A stretch of 64,000 nucleotides of DNA from an uncultured Armatimonadia bacterium. GTDB taxonomy: Bacteria > Armatimonadota > Zipacnadia > Zipacnadales > UBA5352. The notes under the pieces are model-generated. The model was not told the DNA's origin. It did no database searches and saw only the letters and a list, made by a program, of their open reading frames with translations. Both the position numbers and the translations under genes were made by a program. Location: assembly GCA_964484945.1 (NCBI GenBank), contig CAZAHB010000003.1, positions 600 through 64,599 on the forward strand, written 5' to 3'. The first letter of the stretch is position 1. Every line of letters begins with the position of its first letter. Of this stretch, positions 1 through 10,432 are shown one piece after another.

Positions 1-491
1 TTCAGGCCTTCTTCATCCCATCCGGGTCGATGCTTCCCACACTCCAGCAGGGCGACCGAATCCTCGTGAACAAGTTTATCTACTTCTTCCGCGACCCCGA
101 ACCCGGAGAGATCGTGGTCTTCAATGCTCCTCCGGCCGCCTCACCCAATGCGGACAAGGATTTCATCAAGCGGGTTGTCGGCGCGCCCGGCGACACCATA
201 TGTGTCAAAGACGGGGCCCTGTACCGCAATGGGGAGCGCATTGAAGAGGACTACATCGCGGAAACGCCCACATACACCTGGCCTGCACCGGACACCTGTA
301 TTACGGTTCCGCAGGGAAACTACGTGGTGATGGGGGATAATCGCAACGATTCGAACGACAGTCACCGCTGGGGCTTCTGGAGTCCGACCACCGGTGAGTG
401 GCAGCCCCGACCGTATGTACCGCGCGAGAACTTCCTCGGCAACGCCATGGTCATCTTCTGGCCACCACAGCGTATCCGTATCCTGCACTGA
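1..491 (+). CDS. lepB: Signal peptidase I, C-terminal part. The reading frame enters from upstream of the window, so the 5' end is missing.
   Basis: The frame that is open from nt 3 translates QAFFIPSGSMLPTLQ, the catalytic Ser box of SPase I. The downstream GDNRNDSNDSHRWGF is a typical SPase I box E. Confidence 0.85.
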   Translation, partial: QAFFIPSGSMLPTLQQGDRILVNKFIYFFRDPEPGEIVVFNAPPAASPNADKDFIKRVVGAPGDTICVKDGALYRNGERIEEDYIAETPTYTWPAPDTCITVPQGNYVVMGDNRNDSNDSHRWGFWSPTTGEWQPRPYVPRENFLGNAMVIFWPPQRIRILH

Positions 492-612
492 ACGTCCCGC
501 ACGGCCGGCGCGTCTGGAAGCCACGAGTCTTTGGTCCGTTACCCGGCGGGCCAATCTTTACACGCGCGGGCGTCTGCGTGTACACTGATTTCACCCTGAG
601 CGTCCGGAGGCG

Positions 613-1305
613 ATGATGACACGCGATGACGAGCCGCGCTATCAATTCGGCGAACCCGATGAGTGGGCGCTGGAGCAGGGCCATCGCCTCGTTGCCGGGG
701 TCGATGAGGTCGGGCGTGGCGCCATGGCGGGGCCACTCGTTGCGGCCGCGGTAATCCGGGAGCCGGGCACTGAGCCGGCCGTGTGCGATGACTCGAAGCT
801 GCTTACCCCCGAGCAGCGTGATGGGGCCTACGAGGAGATACGCGGGCTCGCGACTTCATGGGCGGTTGGCGTGGTCGAACCGGACATGGTCGATCGCCTC
901 AATGTCTGGGGCGCGACCTGCCTGGCGATGCGCCGCGCGCTTGAGTGCCTTGACGTTCAACCGGATTTTGCCCTCATCGACGGCCTCGAACCTCGCGGGA
1001 TCGATCACCCCCACCAGGCCTTCGTCAGCGGCGACGCCTGCTCGCCACGCATGGGGGCAGCGTCGATCCTCGCGAAAGTCACACGCGACCGCGCCATGGA
1101 ACGACTGGCGCTGACCTATCGCGGGTATGCTCTTGCCAGCAATAAGGGATACGCGACGCCCGAACACAAGAGGGCTGTCCGGTGCCTCGGTCCCTCGCCA
1201 ATTCATCGGCGGCGGTACTGGTTCGTCACAGATCTGCGCAGCGATCACCTGCCGTTCGATCCCGAGGATCTGCGCCGAATTTCGCATTACGGGAGTGACG
1301 GGTAA
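613..1305 (+). CDS. rnhB: Ribonuclease HII
   Basis: [21 protein letters not shown] and [10 protein letters not shown] motifs match RNase HII. Length is about 230 aa. Confidence 0.85.
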   Translation: MMTRDDEPRYQFGEPDEWALEQGHRLVAGVDEVGRGAMAGPLVAAAVIREPGTEPAVCDDSKLLTPEQRDGAYEEIRGLATSWAVGVVEPDMVDRLNVWGATCLAMRRALECLDVQPDFALIDGLEPRGIDHPHQAFVSGDACSPRMGAASILAKVTRDRAMERLALTYRGYALASNKGYATPEHKRAVRCLGPSPIHRRRYWFVTDLRSDHLPFDPEDLRRISHYGSDG

Positions 1306-1943
1306 TGGGAGCGCGCACGCGTCGGGGGTTTACGCTTATCGAGCTTCTGGTCGTGATTGCGATCATCGCGATTCTGGCGGCAATACTCTTCCCCGTGTTC
1401 GCCCGTGCGCGAGCCAAGGCGCGAGAGGCCCAGTGCAAGGCAAACCTGAAGCAACTCGGCCTCGCTTTTGAGATGTACGCCTCCGACTACGACGGCTTCT
1501 ACCCGTGGGCGGTGGATGCGGCTGATTGGTATTGTCCGGAGATATGGGACTCGTTTCCTCAGTGGCAGGCGCTGATTGCGCAGATGCCGCGCGCCGCTGA
1601 CGTCCTCCAGCCCTACACGAAAAACCGCGAGGTCTTTCACTGCAAGTCCGACAGCGGCTACGACTACCTGCAGAACACGACATACGAGGTTGACGCCCAG
1701 CCGACTGCGTTCGAGGGCGTCGGAACCAGCTACAACTTTCGCACAGAGGTCGCGTTCACGCACATGGGTCCCTCGCTGCTGGCCGATCCGGTGAACACGA
1801 ACATCCTCTTCGACGGCCACGGCTCGTGGCATGGTGGGGACAGCTACCGCGAGGGACGCTGGAATGTGCTGTTTGGCGACGGCCACGTGAAGAGCATCAA
1901 CTCCAGGCAACTCGACGCGGCGTGGAATACGCCGGTGCAGTAG
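1305..1943 (+). CDS. Prepilin-type N-terminal cleavage/methylation-domain protein with a C-terminal H-X9-DG (DUF1559-like) motif
   Basis: N-terminus [25 protein letters not shown] is a class III signal/pilin-like helix. C-terminal FGDGHV matches the H-X9-DG motif typical of Planctomycetes/Verrucomicrobia-type pseudopilin-like proteins. The start overlaps the rnhB stop by 1 nt. Confidence 0.8.
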   Translation: MGARTRRGFTLIELLVVIAIIAILAAILFPVFARARAKAREAQCKANLKQLGLAFEMYASDYDGFYPWAVDAADWYCPEIWDSFPQWQALIAQMPRAADVLQPYTKNREVFHCKSDSGYDYLQNTTYEVDAQPTAFEGVGTSYNFRTEVAFTHMGPSLLADPVNTNILFDGHGSWHGGDSYREGRWNVLFGDGHVKSINSRQLDAAWNTPVQ

Positions 1944-2010
1944 CAACGGCAGTCGCAAGTCATCAGTCACAGGTCGCAAGCTACGGCCACAGTCGTGCCG
2001 TCGGGAACCT
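1944..2010. repeat. Short tandem GTCGCAAG/CAACGGC-type repeat block at a gene 3' end
   Basis: caacggcagtcgcaagtcatcagtcacaggtcgcaag. The same heptamer family recurs at 29850, 38691, 43397 and 46778. Confidence 0.5.
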
Positions 2011-2232
2011 CATCCAGTGCGTCCGGATAGTTCGGCAACGACCTCAGGCAGGGATGTTTGCGCCACATCAGTGAAGCGGATGAGGCGGGCCGCCAGTTTC
2101 CCTCATGTCATGCGGGGCAGGCATCCTGCCCGCCCCCGTCACAACATCCGCAGGCTCGCCAGGCAGGTCCTCGCCACGCTCGCGGTCAACTTAGCCCCTC
2201 GCTGACAGCAACCTGGCGAAAGGCCATCCGTC

Positions 2233-3015
2233 ATGCTCATCACCACGCTCGGGACCAGCCACGGCAGCCACACCATGACGCGCAATAACTCCGCGACGCT
2301 CATCGAGACCGAGGGCGTCGCGTATCTCGTTGACTGCGGGGAGCCCGTCGCGGGGAGCTTCCGCCGAGCGGGGAAGGACTTCGGCGACCTGCGCGCGCTC
2401 TTTGTCACGCACCTGCACGCCGACCACGTCGGCGGCCTCGCGCAGCTTACGAACATGCTCAAGCACGGGCGCGGGGAGGAGCAGACCGTCACGTACTGCC
2501 TGCCCTCCGAGGGGATCGAGCGCATCCAGGCCTACCTCGAAGCGCTCTACATCGCTCCGGAACTGCGCCCGGTCACGCTGGAGCTTGTCGGCGTCGAGGA
2601 GGGGGCGTGCTACGAGGACCGGCGGGTGTCCGTCATCGCGCTGCCCAGCGGGCACCTGGAGGCCCTCGGCGAGCAGTACGCCGAACGGGGCCTGCCCAAT
2701 CGCGGGCAGGCGTTCAGCTACCTGATGGAGCTTGAGGGGAAGCGCATCGCGTTCAGCGGCGACCAGCCGAGGGACTTCCGCTACCTCGACCGCGTCGTGG
2801 CGGAGCCCCTTGACCTGCTGGTGATGGAGATGACTCACATCCGACCGGAGGAAGTGCTCCGGTGGCTCGCGGACAGGCCGGTGGCGAAGCTGCTGCTGAC
2901 GCACATCTGGGACCCGTACCACGGGACCGGTGAGGACAGGCTCAGAGAGATCTGCTTCGAGCACCTGCCGTTCCCCTTCACGATCGCGCGGGACGGGATG
3001 GAGATTGAGGTGTAG
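2233..3015 (+). CDS. MBL-fold metallo-hydrolase
   Basis: THLHADHVGG (HxHxDH) metallo-beta-lactamase motif. Length is 260 aa. Confidence 0.8.
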   Translation: MLITTLGTSHGSHTMTRNNSATLIETEGVAYLVDCGEPVAGSFRRAGKDFGDLRALFVTHLHADHVGGLAQLTNMLKHGRGEEQTVTYCLPSEGIERIQAYLEALYIAPELRPVTLELVGVEEGACYEDRRVSVIALPSGHLEALGEQYAERGLPNRGQAFSYLMELEGKRIAFSGDQPRDFRYLDRVVAEPLDLLVMEMTHIRPEEVLRWLADRPVAKLLLTHIWDPYHGTGEDRLREICFEHLPFPFTIARDGMEIEV

Positions 3016-3185
3016 GAACGGCAGCGGTCAGTCGCCAGCCGTCGGTCGCCACCAACGGAACACAAGGGCAGCAGCGGGAGGCAACGGCGCCCGGACATGA
3101 GTGTCCGGGCCACGGAACGGCGAAGCAGGTCCTCGCCGTCTCGCGGCGAAATGCGCTCCACCACTACTTACGGGAGGCTCGAACG

Positions 3186-4382
3186 ATGGATGCGGACCGC
3201 CGCGAAGAGATCATAGCCACACAGAAGCCGGAGATCCCCTGGGCCAATGAGCCGAAGATGGGCTCGTATTACGGTGAAGAAGAGTTTGCGGCCGTCCGGC
3301 AGGAGATGGAGCGCTGCAATCAGCCCCATATCGGCTTTCATGCGCACAATGAGACCTCGGAGGAGTTTGAGGACAAGTTCGCCGAGTGGTGCGGCGCCGA
3401 GCATGCGCTGACCTGCAATGGCGCCGGCTCCGGCCTCGACATGGCCGTCATGGCGCTGGACCTGCAGCCGGGCGACGAGGTGATCGTCCCCGCGATCAAC
3501 TTCAAAGCAGCCGCGCTCTCCGTGCTCGGCCAGGGCGGCACTGTTGTGTGGTGCGAGGTCGATGAGCGTACCTTCCAGGCCGATCCGGCGGACATCGAGG
3601 CGCGCATTACCGACCGCACCCGCGCGATCTTCCCGGTGCACATGAACGGGATGGCCGCGCCGATCGACGAGTACCTGGAGATCGCCGAGGCGCATCCGAA
3701 CCCCCGCCACGGGCCGCTGAAGGTCATCGGGGATGCCGCGCGCTCGTGTGGCGCGAAGCTCAAGGGAAAGCCGGTCGGTTCGTGGGAGTGGATCTGCGTC
3801 TTCAGCTTCCACACCATGAAGAACATGACCACCCTCGGCGAAGGCGGCATGGTCGTCACCGAGGACGCGGACGCTGCTGAGCGCATGGCAAAGATCCGCA
3901 GCTTCGGCGGCGACGTCTGGGGCACCAACTACAAGATGACCAACGTGCAGGCGGCGGTGGGCCTGGCGCAGCTTGATCGCATCGACACCATGCTGCAGCA
4001 GCGCCGGAAGGTCGCCGCACAGCGCGATGAGCTACTCGCGGGCCTCGAGCCGATAGAGCTTCCGTACGTCCCCGAGGATCGCTGGCACACCTTCTACCTG
4101 TATACCTGCCTGGTGCCGGAGGAGTGGGCCGGCGAGAAGCGTGACCGCATCCTGCAGTTGATGGACGAGGAGTTCGGGATCCCCTGCGTGGTCGCCAACC
4201 CACCCTGTTACTATTCCAATCAGTTCCTCGACGAGAATACGGACCACGATGACCTGCCGCGATCGGAGATGCTCGGCAAGCGGCTGTTCTGCGTCCCGAT
4301 GCATCCGCTGATCTCGACCTCGGACAATGAGTACATCTGTGCTGCGCTCTGGGAGAGCGTGGAGAGGGTCAAGGCGGAGTAA
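3186..4382 (+). CDS. DegT/DnrJ/EryC1/StrS-family PLP-dependent aminotransferase/dehydratase
   Basis: Fold-type I AAT-like layout with FSFHTMKNMTTLGEGG (PLP-lysine region) and a VPAINF glycine-rich region. Length is 398 aa. Confidence 0.75.
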   Translation: MDADRREEIIATQKPEIPWANEPKMGSYYGEEEFAAVRQEMERCNQPHIGFHAHNETSEEFEDKFAEWCGAEHALTCNGAGSGLDMAVMALDLQPGDEVIVPAINFKAAALSVLGQGGTVVWCEVDERTFQADPADIEARITDRTRAIFPVHMNGMAAPIDEYLEIAEAHPNPRHGPLKVIGDAARSCGAKLKGKPVGSWEWICVFSFHTMKNMTTLGEGGMVVTEDADAAERMAKIRSFGGDVWGTNYKMTNVQAAVGLAQLDRIDTMLQQRRKVAAQRDELLAGLEPIELPYVPEDRWHTFYLYTCLVPEEWAGEKRDRILQLMDEEFGIPCVVANPPCYYSNQFLDENTDHDDLPRSEMLGKRLFCVPMHPLISTSDNEYICAALWESVERVKAE

Positions 4383-4407
4383 GGTCCGCCGAGAACCGGG
4401 GAACGAC

Positions 4408-4429
4408 GTCCAGGCGGGGGCGCCTGGAC
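4408..4429. terminator. Perfect 9-bp palindromic hairpin between convergent genes, likely a bidirectional terminator
   Basis: gtccaggcg-ggg-cgcctggac lies between the stop of the aminotransferase gene (4382) and the stop of the AAA gene (4444). Confidence 0.5.
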
Positions 4430-4443
4430 TCCGGGTCGTCTCG

Positions 4444-5931
4444 TCACCGGGACGCGGGGCGGGTGCGGTTCTCCGCCCACTCGCGCAGGGCGCCGATATC
4501 CTCGGCCCGTGTCTCCGACAGTGGCACCGAGTTCTCGATGTTAGCGATGAGGTCCTCCTGGCAGATGTCTGCCTCCCGGTCGAATGCGTCGTAGAGCGCG
4601 GAGATCACCACCTGCTCGATCTCCGATCCTGAGAAGCCGTCAGATATCTCCGCAAGCTGCTTCAGGTCGAACCGCTCCGGGTCGCGGTTGCGCTTGATGA
4701 GGTGGATGCGGAAGATCTCCTCGCGCTCAGGTTCAGTGGGCAGGTCGATGAAAAAGATCTCGTCGAAGCGCCCCTTGCGCATCAGTTCCGGCGGCAGCGA
4801 GGAGATGTCGTTGGCTGTCGCGATCACGAAGACCGGCTCCGTCTTCTCCTGCAGCCATGTCACAAAGCTGCCGAACACCCGCGCGGTGGTGCCCGCGTCA
4901 GAGAAGCTCGAACTCTGGGTGCCCGCGAAGCCCTTCTCCAGCTCGTCCAGCCACAATATGCACGGTGCGATCGACTCGGCGAGCCGCATCGCGCGTCTCA
5001 TATTCTGCTCGGATGACCCGACGATGCCGCTGAAGACTGAGCCGACATCCAGCCGCAGCAGCGGCAGGTGCCAGACCCCCGCGACGGCCTTGGCCGACAG
5101 CGATTTGCCGCAGCCCTGCACCCCGATCAGCAGCACCCCGCGCGGCTGGGGAAGGCCGAAACTGCGGGCCTTCTCGCTGAAAGCCTTCCCGCGCTTGATC
5201 AGCCACTGTTTGAGAGCATCCAGGCCGCCGATCGTGCCGAACTGCTCGTCGGCCGAGTAAAACTCAAGAATACCGGATTTGCGGATGATCTGTTCCTTCT
5301 CTGTGAGCACCACCTCGATGTCCTCGGGCCCGAGGCGTCCGTTGAGCACCAGCGCTTTGGCGAATGCGTCCTCGGCCTCGGCCGCGGTGAGTCCCAGCGC
5401 GGCCTTGACCACCGCCTCCCGGTGCTCATCCTCCAGGTCAACGCTGATCTTCGGATTCTGCTTCACCTGCTGGACGATGCCGTCCAGCAGCCCGGCCAAC
5501 TCCTCCTCATCGGGGAGCGGGTAGTCGATGACGGTGACGTCCTTTTGCAGGTGATCGGGGATCGTCAGGACCGGCGAGATGATCACGAGGGTCTTGTAGC
5601 TTGACTCGAATGCGCGCGCGACATCCCGCAGCTTGCGTTCAACGCGGGTGTCGTCGAGGAACGGGTCGAAGTCGCGCATGACGAAGATCGCCGGGTCGGC
5701 ATGTTCAAGCGCGAAATCCAGCGCGGCGACCGCGCCGGTCGTCGAGGCATTCGTCCCCCGGCCATCGATCTCCACCATGCCCTCGGTGACGCTCCACGTG
5801 AACATGGTTTTGTCGCGCTTCTCGGCGATCGCGCGGAGCGTCTTCTCCACGCGATCCTCCTCCCACGAGACGATGTAGAGGATCGAGTAGCGCGCTCGCA
5901 TCAGCACATCGATCTGCTTCTGGATGTCCAC
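4444..5931 (-). CDS. AAA+ family ATPase with a roughly 250-aa N-terminal domain of unknown function
   Basis: Walker A GVQGCGKS, Walker B ILWLDELE, second region of homology [24 protein letters not shown]. Confidence 0.8.
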   Translation of the reverse strand: MDIQKQIDVLMRARYSILYIVSWEEDRVEKTLRAIAEKRDKTMFTWSVTEGMVEIDGRGTNASTTGAVAALDFALEHADPAIFVMRDFDPFLDDTRVERKLRDVARAFESSYKTLVIISPVLTIPDHLQKDVTVIDYPLPDEEELAGLLDGIVQQVKQNPKISVDLEDEHREAVVKAALGLTAAEAEDAFAKALVLNGRLGPEDIEVVLTEKEQIIRKSGILEFYSADEQFGTIGGLDALKQWLIKRGKAFSEKARSFGLPQPRGVLLIGVQGCGKSLSAKAVAGVWHLPLLRLDVGSVFSGIVGSSEQNMRRAMRLAESIAPCILWLDELEKGFAGTQSSSFSDAGTTARVFGSFVTWLQEKTEPVFVIATANDISSLPPELMRKGRFDEIFFIDLPTEPEREEIFRIHLIKRNRDPERFDLKQLAEISDGFSGSEIEQVVISALYDAFDREADICQEDLIANIENSVPLSETRAEDIGALREWAENRTRPASR

Positions 5932-6069
5932 CCGGCATCACACTCCCTGGGCGCACGTCGTCTGGCAGCATCTTCCATTCGAAGGGGGAGTAGACCTTCC
6001 GGCGGAGGGACGGTGGCGGACGCAGCCGAAATGTCTGCTCGTACATCATGTTGACTGGAGGGCCGAGCC

Positions 6070-6795
6070 ATGGTCACCGTGGAGAACACGTCAGATGAGA
6101 TTGCCGAAGCGGACCCTCAGATTGCCATCCTGCCTGTGGGGTCGCTGGAGCAGCACGGCGAGCACCTGCCGATCGCTACGGACTGGGTCCGCGCCGATGA
6201 CATGGGCCGGCGGATTGCTGAGGCCATGGATGAGGAGGTCTACCTGCTGCCCGCCATCGCCTACGCGAACTCGCAGGAGCACATGGACATGGCCGGGACC
6301 ATCACACTGCGCCCCTCGACACTTGCGCTGGTGATCGAGGACATCGTGCTCTCGCTGCGGCACCACGGTATCCGCAGGGTCGTCATCTTCACCACCCATG
6401 GCGGAAACTGGATCCTCAAACCCACCATCCGCGACCTGAACTTCCGCCAGGAGGACTTGCGCATCATCCATGCCGACGGCCCCGTGCTCAGTAAGGGCGA
6501 TGAGACGCCCGGCGAGCTTCATGCGGGCAGGGGAGAGACCGCGGGGATGCTGGCGATCCGCCCGGACCTGGTGAAGGGCCGCTCACCCGATCACGCGGCG
6601 CCCTTCGGGAAAGAGTGGCTGGACTATGCGGGGATGGGCGCGCTCACAGAGACGGGGGCATGGGGCGAGCCATCGAAGGCCGCGGGCGAGGACTACGAGC
6701 AGAGCATCCAGCGTGCCGTCGAGCACCGGGTGGCGTACATCAGGGAGACATTCGAGCGGCTCGACGAGGTCCTGGGGCCGCTCGCGGGGGAGTAG
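6070..6795 (+). CDS. Creatininase/creatinine amidohydrolase-family protein (the family also contains MftE/ArfB-like enzymes)
   Basis: ILPVGSLEQHGEHLP and FTTHGGN motifs are characteristic of the creatininase family. Confidence 0.75.
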   Translation: MVTVENTSDEIAEADPQIAILPVGSLEQHGEHLPIATDWVRADDMGRRIAEAMDEEVYLLPAIAYANSQEHMDMAGTITLRPSTLALVIEDIVLSLRHHGIRRVVIFTTHGGNWILKPTIRDLNFRQEDLRIIHADGPVLSKGDETPGELHAGRGETAGMLAIRPDLVKGRSPDHAAPFGKEWLDYAGMGALTETGAWGEPSKAAGEDYEQSIQRAVEHRVAYIRETFERLDEVLGPLAGE

Positions 6796-6927
6796 CGACA
6801 CCGGGCGCTGCGGGCCGTCGTCTGTGCCGTAAGGTAAGGCGCCCCCCGATCCGGCCGCCAGGCGAGCGCCGGTTCAGCGGGGTTGTCGTGCAAGCTCGCT
6901 GAAGGTTCCACCCCGGCCCGCGGCAGA

Positions 6928-7650
6928 CTACTCCCCGCCCTCCTCGTGCACCATGGGCACGAAGATCACGTCCGCCAGTTCGGTCTTCACGATCTCGCCG
7001 GCCTTCTTCTCGATCAGATACAGCTTCTGCGCCCAGCCGTCCTCGGCGATGGGGATAACCATCTTCCCGCCGTCCTTAAGCTGATCGATCAGTGGCTGAG
7101 GGATCTCCTCGGGGGCGGCGGTGACGATTATCCGGTCAAAGGGCGCGTGCTCGGACCAGCCCTGGTAGCCATCACCGTGTCGCACGGTGATGTTCGTGTA
7201 TCCCAGTTCCTGCAGCCGGGTTTTTGCGGTGGTGGCCAGCGATTCGACGATCTCGATGGTGTATACGTGGCGCACGATCTCCGCCAGCACCGCGGCCTGG
7301 TAGCCCGAGCCGGTGCCGATCTCCAGCAACCGATCGGTCGTCTGCGCCTGCAGCGCCTCGGTCATCATCCCCACGATTGACGGCGCGGAAATTGTCTGCC
7401 CCTCGCCGATTGGCAGTGGCGTGTCATCGTAGGCGGACGCGCGCTGGCCGGGCGGCACGAACTCGTGCCGCGGCACGGCTTTCATTGCAGAAATGACCTG
7501 TGGGTTGCTGATGATGCCCTCCTCGACCAGGGCATCCACCATCGCCTCGCGCTGGGCCGCATAGTCCTGCGCCAGCGTCGGAAGTGCGGCGGTTGCCGTC
7601 ATCAGGGCGGCGATTGCCGTGATGAGCATCAAGCGGTCGGTGAGCTTCAT
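6928..7650 (-). CDS. pcm: Protein-L-isoaspartate O-methyltransferase with an N-terminal signal peptide. The start was chosen at the internal ATG; a TTG at 7686 is the alternative.
   Basis: SAdoMet motif LEIGTGSGYQAAVLA plus the PIMT-typical TISAP... and DRIIVTAA motifs. The N-terminus MKLTDRLMLITAIAALMTATAALPTLAQ looks like a Sec signal peptide. Confidence 0.8.
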   Translation of the reverse strand: MKLTDRLMLITAIAALMTATAALPTLAQDYAAQREAMVDALVEEGIISNPQVISAMKAVPRHEFVPPGQRASAYDDTPLPIGEGQTISAPSIVGMMTEALQAQTTDRLLEIGTGSGYQAAVLAEIVRHVYTIEIVESLATTAKTRLQELGYTNITVRHGDGYQGWSEHAPFDRIIVTAAPEEIPQPLIDQLKDGGKMVIPIAEDGWAQKLYLIEKKAGEIVKTELADVIFVPMVHEEGGE

Positions 7651-7985
7651 CGTCCTCACATCCCGGGTGTCGGTCAACTTCAACAAAGATCACGTATGCT
7701 CCACAGAGGTTGGTTTCAGTGTCTGTTACATAATTCGCTGCAACAGGCCAAAAGGTTACGGTGGCCCGTGCATCCTGCGTCTATGGTTCATCCTCCACGT
7801 TCGCTGAATTAAGATTACGCCATGCTGTCAGCGATTCCTGCATCGTCCCGGAAAAGGTCTGGCGAGAATGAGCTTTGACTGCAGTTCTGACCGCTGTTGA
7901 GCGGCCAGCGGGGCCTTGTTAGCAGACCCGAAAGTCATATATACTGCCTGCAGCACACGATGAACGGAATCCGGGATTTGAGGCA

Positions 7986-8822
7986 ATGCGCGACGTAGCA
8001 TCGGAACGAGACGAACGCGGCATTTCCATACGGCGGGTCGGCGTTCGCGACATCCACCTGCCGGTTATGATTCGGGAGAAAGAAGGGGATTTCGCACGCG
8101 TCACGGGCGTCTTCGAGGCGTCCGTGGAGTTGCCACATCACGAACGCGGGACGCACATGAGTCGGTTCGTGGAGATACTCTCCGGATGGTCGAGGCGCGC
8201 CGTTGCACTGCCGGAGATGCGGGAGATGCTCAGCGAGATACGATCGCGCTTTGACGCATGGGCCGCCTATCTGCGGCTCGACTTCACATACTTTCTGCCC
8301 AAGCGGTCGCCAGCGACCGATCTGCCCTGCCAGCTCGATTACGACTGCTGGTTTGAGGCCAGTGACGTGGCCGAGGAGTTTGACTTTCTTGTCGGTGTCG
8401 AGGTGCCGATAATCACGCTCTGCCCGTGTTCGCGGGAGATCTCGCGGTTCGGTGCGCACAGCCAGCGCGCGATGCTGCGCGTGAAGCTGCGATCGCGCGA
8501 TGAGGCCATTGTATGGCTGGAGGACCTGATTCCGCTGCTGGAAGAGCAGGGCAGCGAGCAGATCTATCCGATGCTCAAACGCGAAGACGAGAAGCAGGTC
8601 ACAGAGCGTTCGTATGAGAACCCCAAGTTCGTCGAGGACGTCGTGAGAGATACCGTGCTTGCTCTGCGCAAGCTGCCTGATACGCAATGGTTTTCTGTTG
8701 AATGTGAGAGCTTCGAGTCAATCCACAATCACAGCGCGTACGCCCGCACACAGTGGCCGGATGCAGATGACGCCGACGGACCGTATCCAGATTCCGACGC
8801 GCGCAGGGAGCAGCGATCGTAG
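7986..8822 (+). CDS. folE2: GTP cyclohydrolase FolE2/MptA (type IB)
   Basis: IRRVGV, GTHMSRF and CPCS motifs are conserved in GTP cyclohydrolase I type 2. Confidence 0.8.
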   Translation: MRDVASERDERGISIRRVGVRDIHLPVMIREKEGDFARVTGVFEASVELPHHERGTHMSRFVEILSGWSRRAVALPEMREMLSEIRSRFDAWAAYLRLDFTYFLPKRSPATDLPCQLDYDCWFEASDVAEEFDFLVGVEVPIITLCPCSREISRFGAHSQRAMLRVKLRSRDEAIVWLEDLIPLLEEQGSEQIYPMLKREDEKQVTERSYENPKFVEDVVRDTVLALRKLPDTQWFSVECESFESIHNHSAYARTQWPDADDADGPYPDSDARREQRS

Positions 8823-9797
8823 ATGGTGCAAATAGGCATAATCGTCGTACTGCTGGTTGTCGGTGTGTTGGTATGGCGCGCGGTGGGGAACCTGCTGAGC
8901 GAGGCGCTTGAGGGCGAGCAGGAGGCGGTGGAGGCTGAGGACAGTGTTCCCGAGGAGCCCCGTGAGCCCCAGGGCCCGGTTGGGCCGGACGGGCTGATGG
9001 TGCTGTTTGCCCACCGCTTTGTCGACCGTTCGCGACCGGGGAAGATGGTGAGCCCGCGCGCGAAGTGCTTTGCTCCGATGACCGAGGAGGAACTGGACGC
9101 CCATCACTGGGCCCACCAGATACTCTATGTGACGCTGATCGACCTCTACGAGCAGGGCTGCATCGATATTCGCGTGGCCGACCGCATGGCGACCCTGATG
9201 GCACCGTATCCGCAGAAGACCTGGGAGATGCAGATCTGCCAGATCGGGCCGATGCCCGAGGCGCCCATCAGCGATGCCCTGGCCGTGGCCTTCGGCCTGC
9301 TGCGCAAGCGCGCGAAGGGCGAAGAGGCCGAGGAGGATCGCCACTGGGTGACGCTCGACGCGCTGATTGAACAGGCGCTGAAGACGATCCGCCAGGAGAT
9401 GAGCTTCTGGCAGCGCTCAGGGGTCTTCGGTGACATCCGGCAGTACGTCGAATCGGCGCTGATCGCTCAGGCCTACCTCATCGAACCGGGGCAGCCAACA
9501 TGGCTGGACCGGGTGCGCACCCAGCGCCCCAGGCCCCACGAGGAAGGTGTGCTGGATCTGGAGCCGCAGGCCGACGAGCTTGCGGAGCAGATGGCGAACT
9601 TCCGCGAGGAACATGGCGGCAACCTGCTTCCGGAGGGTGAGCGGGAGACTGAGGTGCTGCGGCAGGCCGACACGGCCCTGCTGTGTCCGCCGGACGATGC
9701 CCCCGACCTGCCGCTGGACGAAGTCATCCGTATGTCGCTGTACGAGACGCTGCTGGCGATCAGACAGCTCGAACCCAGCGGGGATGCAGGAGTGTAG
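8823..9797 (+). CDS. Hypothetical membrane-anchored protein with an N-terminal TM helix
   Basis: Long ORF abutting the folE2 stop (tagATG). N-terminal hydrophobic helix IGIIVVLLVVGVLVW. No recognisable family. Confidence 0.5.
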   Translation: MVQIGIIVVLLVVGVLVWRAVGNLLSEALEGEQEAVEAEDSVPEEPREPQGPVGPDGLMVLFAHRFVDRSRPGKMVSPRAKCFAPMTEEELDAHHWAHQILYVTLIDLYEQGCIDIRVADRMATLMAPYPQKTWEMQICQIGPMPEAPISDALAVAFGLLRKRAKGEEAEEDRHWVTLDALIEQALKTIRQEMSFWQRSGVFGDIRQYVESALIAQAYLIEPGQPTWLDRVRTQRPRPHEEGVLDLEPQADELAEQMANFREEHGGNLLPEGERETEVLRQADTALLCPPDDAPDLPLDEVIRMSLYETLLAIRQLEPSGDAGV

Positions 9798-9800
9798 ACG

Positions 9801-10241
9801 ATGCGAAAAGATGAGCTTGTCGAACAGGCAATCATGATAGCGGTACTTGTCGGCTTCCTGGTGCATATCTTTACCGGGTACGATCCGAGCTGGTTCCACG
9901 CGCTGCTCTATTACGTGAGCCCGATCGCACTCACGGTGATCCTGGTCCGTCGGTATCGGCGGATGCAGGAGGGATTCGAATACTCGCGCAAGATAGTGGA
10001 TGCCCAGCATCAGGCCACGGGAGCAAGTACTCTCGGACAGGACGCGGAGCAACCCGGTGGCGGGAGGCAGTCACCGTACCCGGGCGTGGTCTTGCCTGAC
10101 GAGTCGCCTGAGGGCATCGAAATGGATGCAGGTTCGGATGAAGATACTGACCGGCCAGAGGGGGCGCAGGAAAGCTCCGGTCCACCGGGTTTCGGCGGCA
10201 TCCCGGGCATTTCCGGTCAGCGGCCGGAGGATGATCAGTAG
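9801..10241 (+). CDS. Hypothetical small membrane protein with two TM helices and an acidic C-terminal tail
   Basis: ORF lies 4 nt after the preceding gene. Two hydrophobic segments and a disordered C-terminus. Confidence 0.45.
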   Translation: MRKDELVEQAIMIAVLVGFLVHIFTGYDPSWFHALLYYVSPIALTVILVRRYRRMQEGFEYSRKIVDAQHQATGASTLGQDAEQPGGGRQSPYPGVVLPDESPEGIEMDAGSDEDTDRPEGAQESSGPPGFGGIPGISGQRPEDDQ

Positions 10242-10270
10242 GCAACCGCGGCAAGTAAGATGACCGTCAC

Positions 10271-10293
10271 AGGGCGCTCCTCTCGGAGCGTCC
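10271..10293. terminator. Hairpin between convergent genes
   Basis: gggcgctcc-tctc-ggagcgtcc, a 9-bp stem with one G:U pair. Confidence 0.4.
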
Positions 10294-10345
10294 TTCTGTA
10301 TGTCGGGTGACCGACTGACGGGCAGGATAGGATGCCCCTCCTGCA

Positions 10346-10384
10346 GACGACAAATGACGACCCCAACGACAAAACGACAACGCG
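10346..10384. repeat. CGACAA(A) tandem repeat block
   Basis: gacgacaaatgacgaccccaacgacaaaacgacaacg lies in the convergent intergenic region. Confidence 0.4.
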
Positions 10385-10432
10385 TGGCCGCATGTGGGAG
10401 GGGCTTCCGGCGGGTCGCCGTTCCATGTCCTT

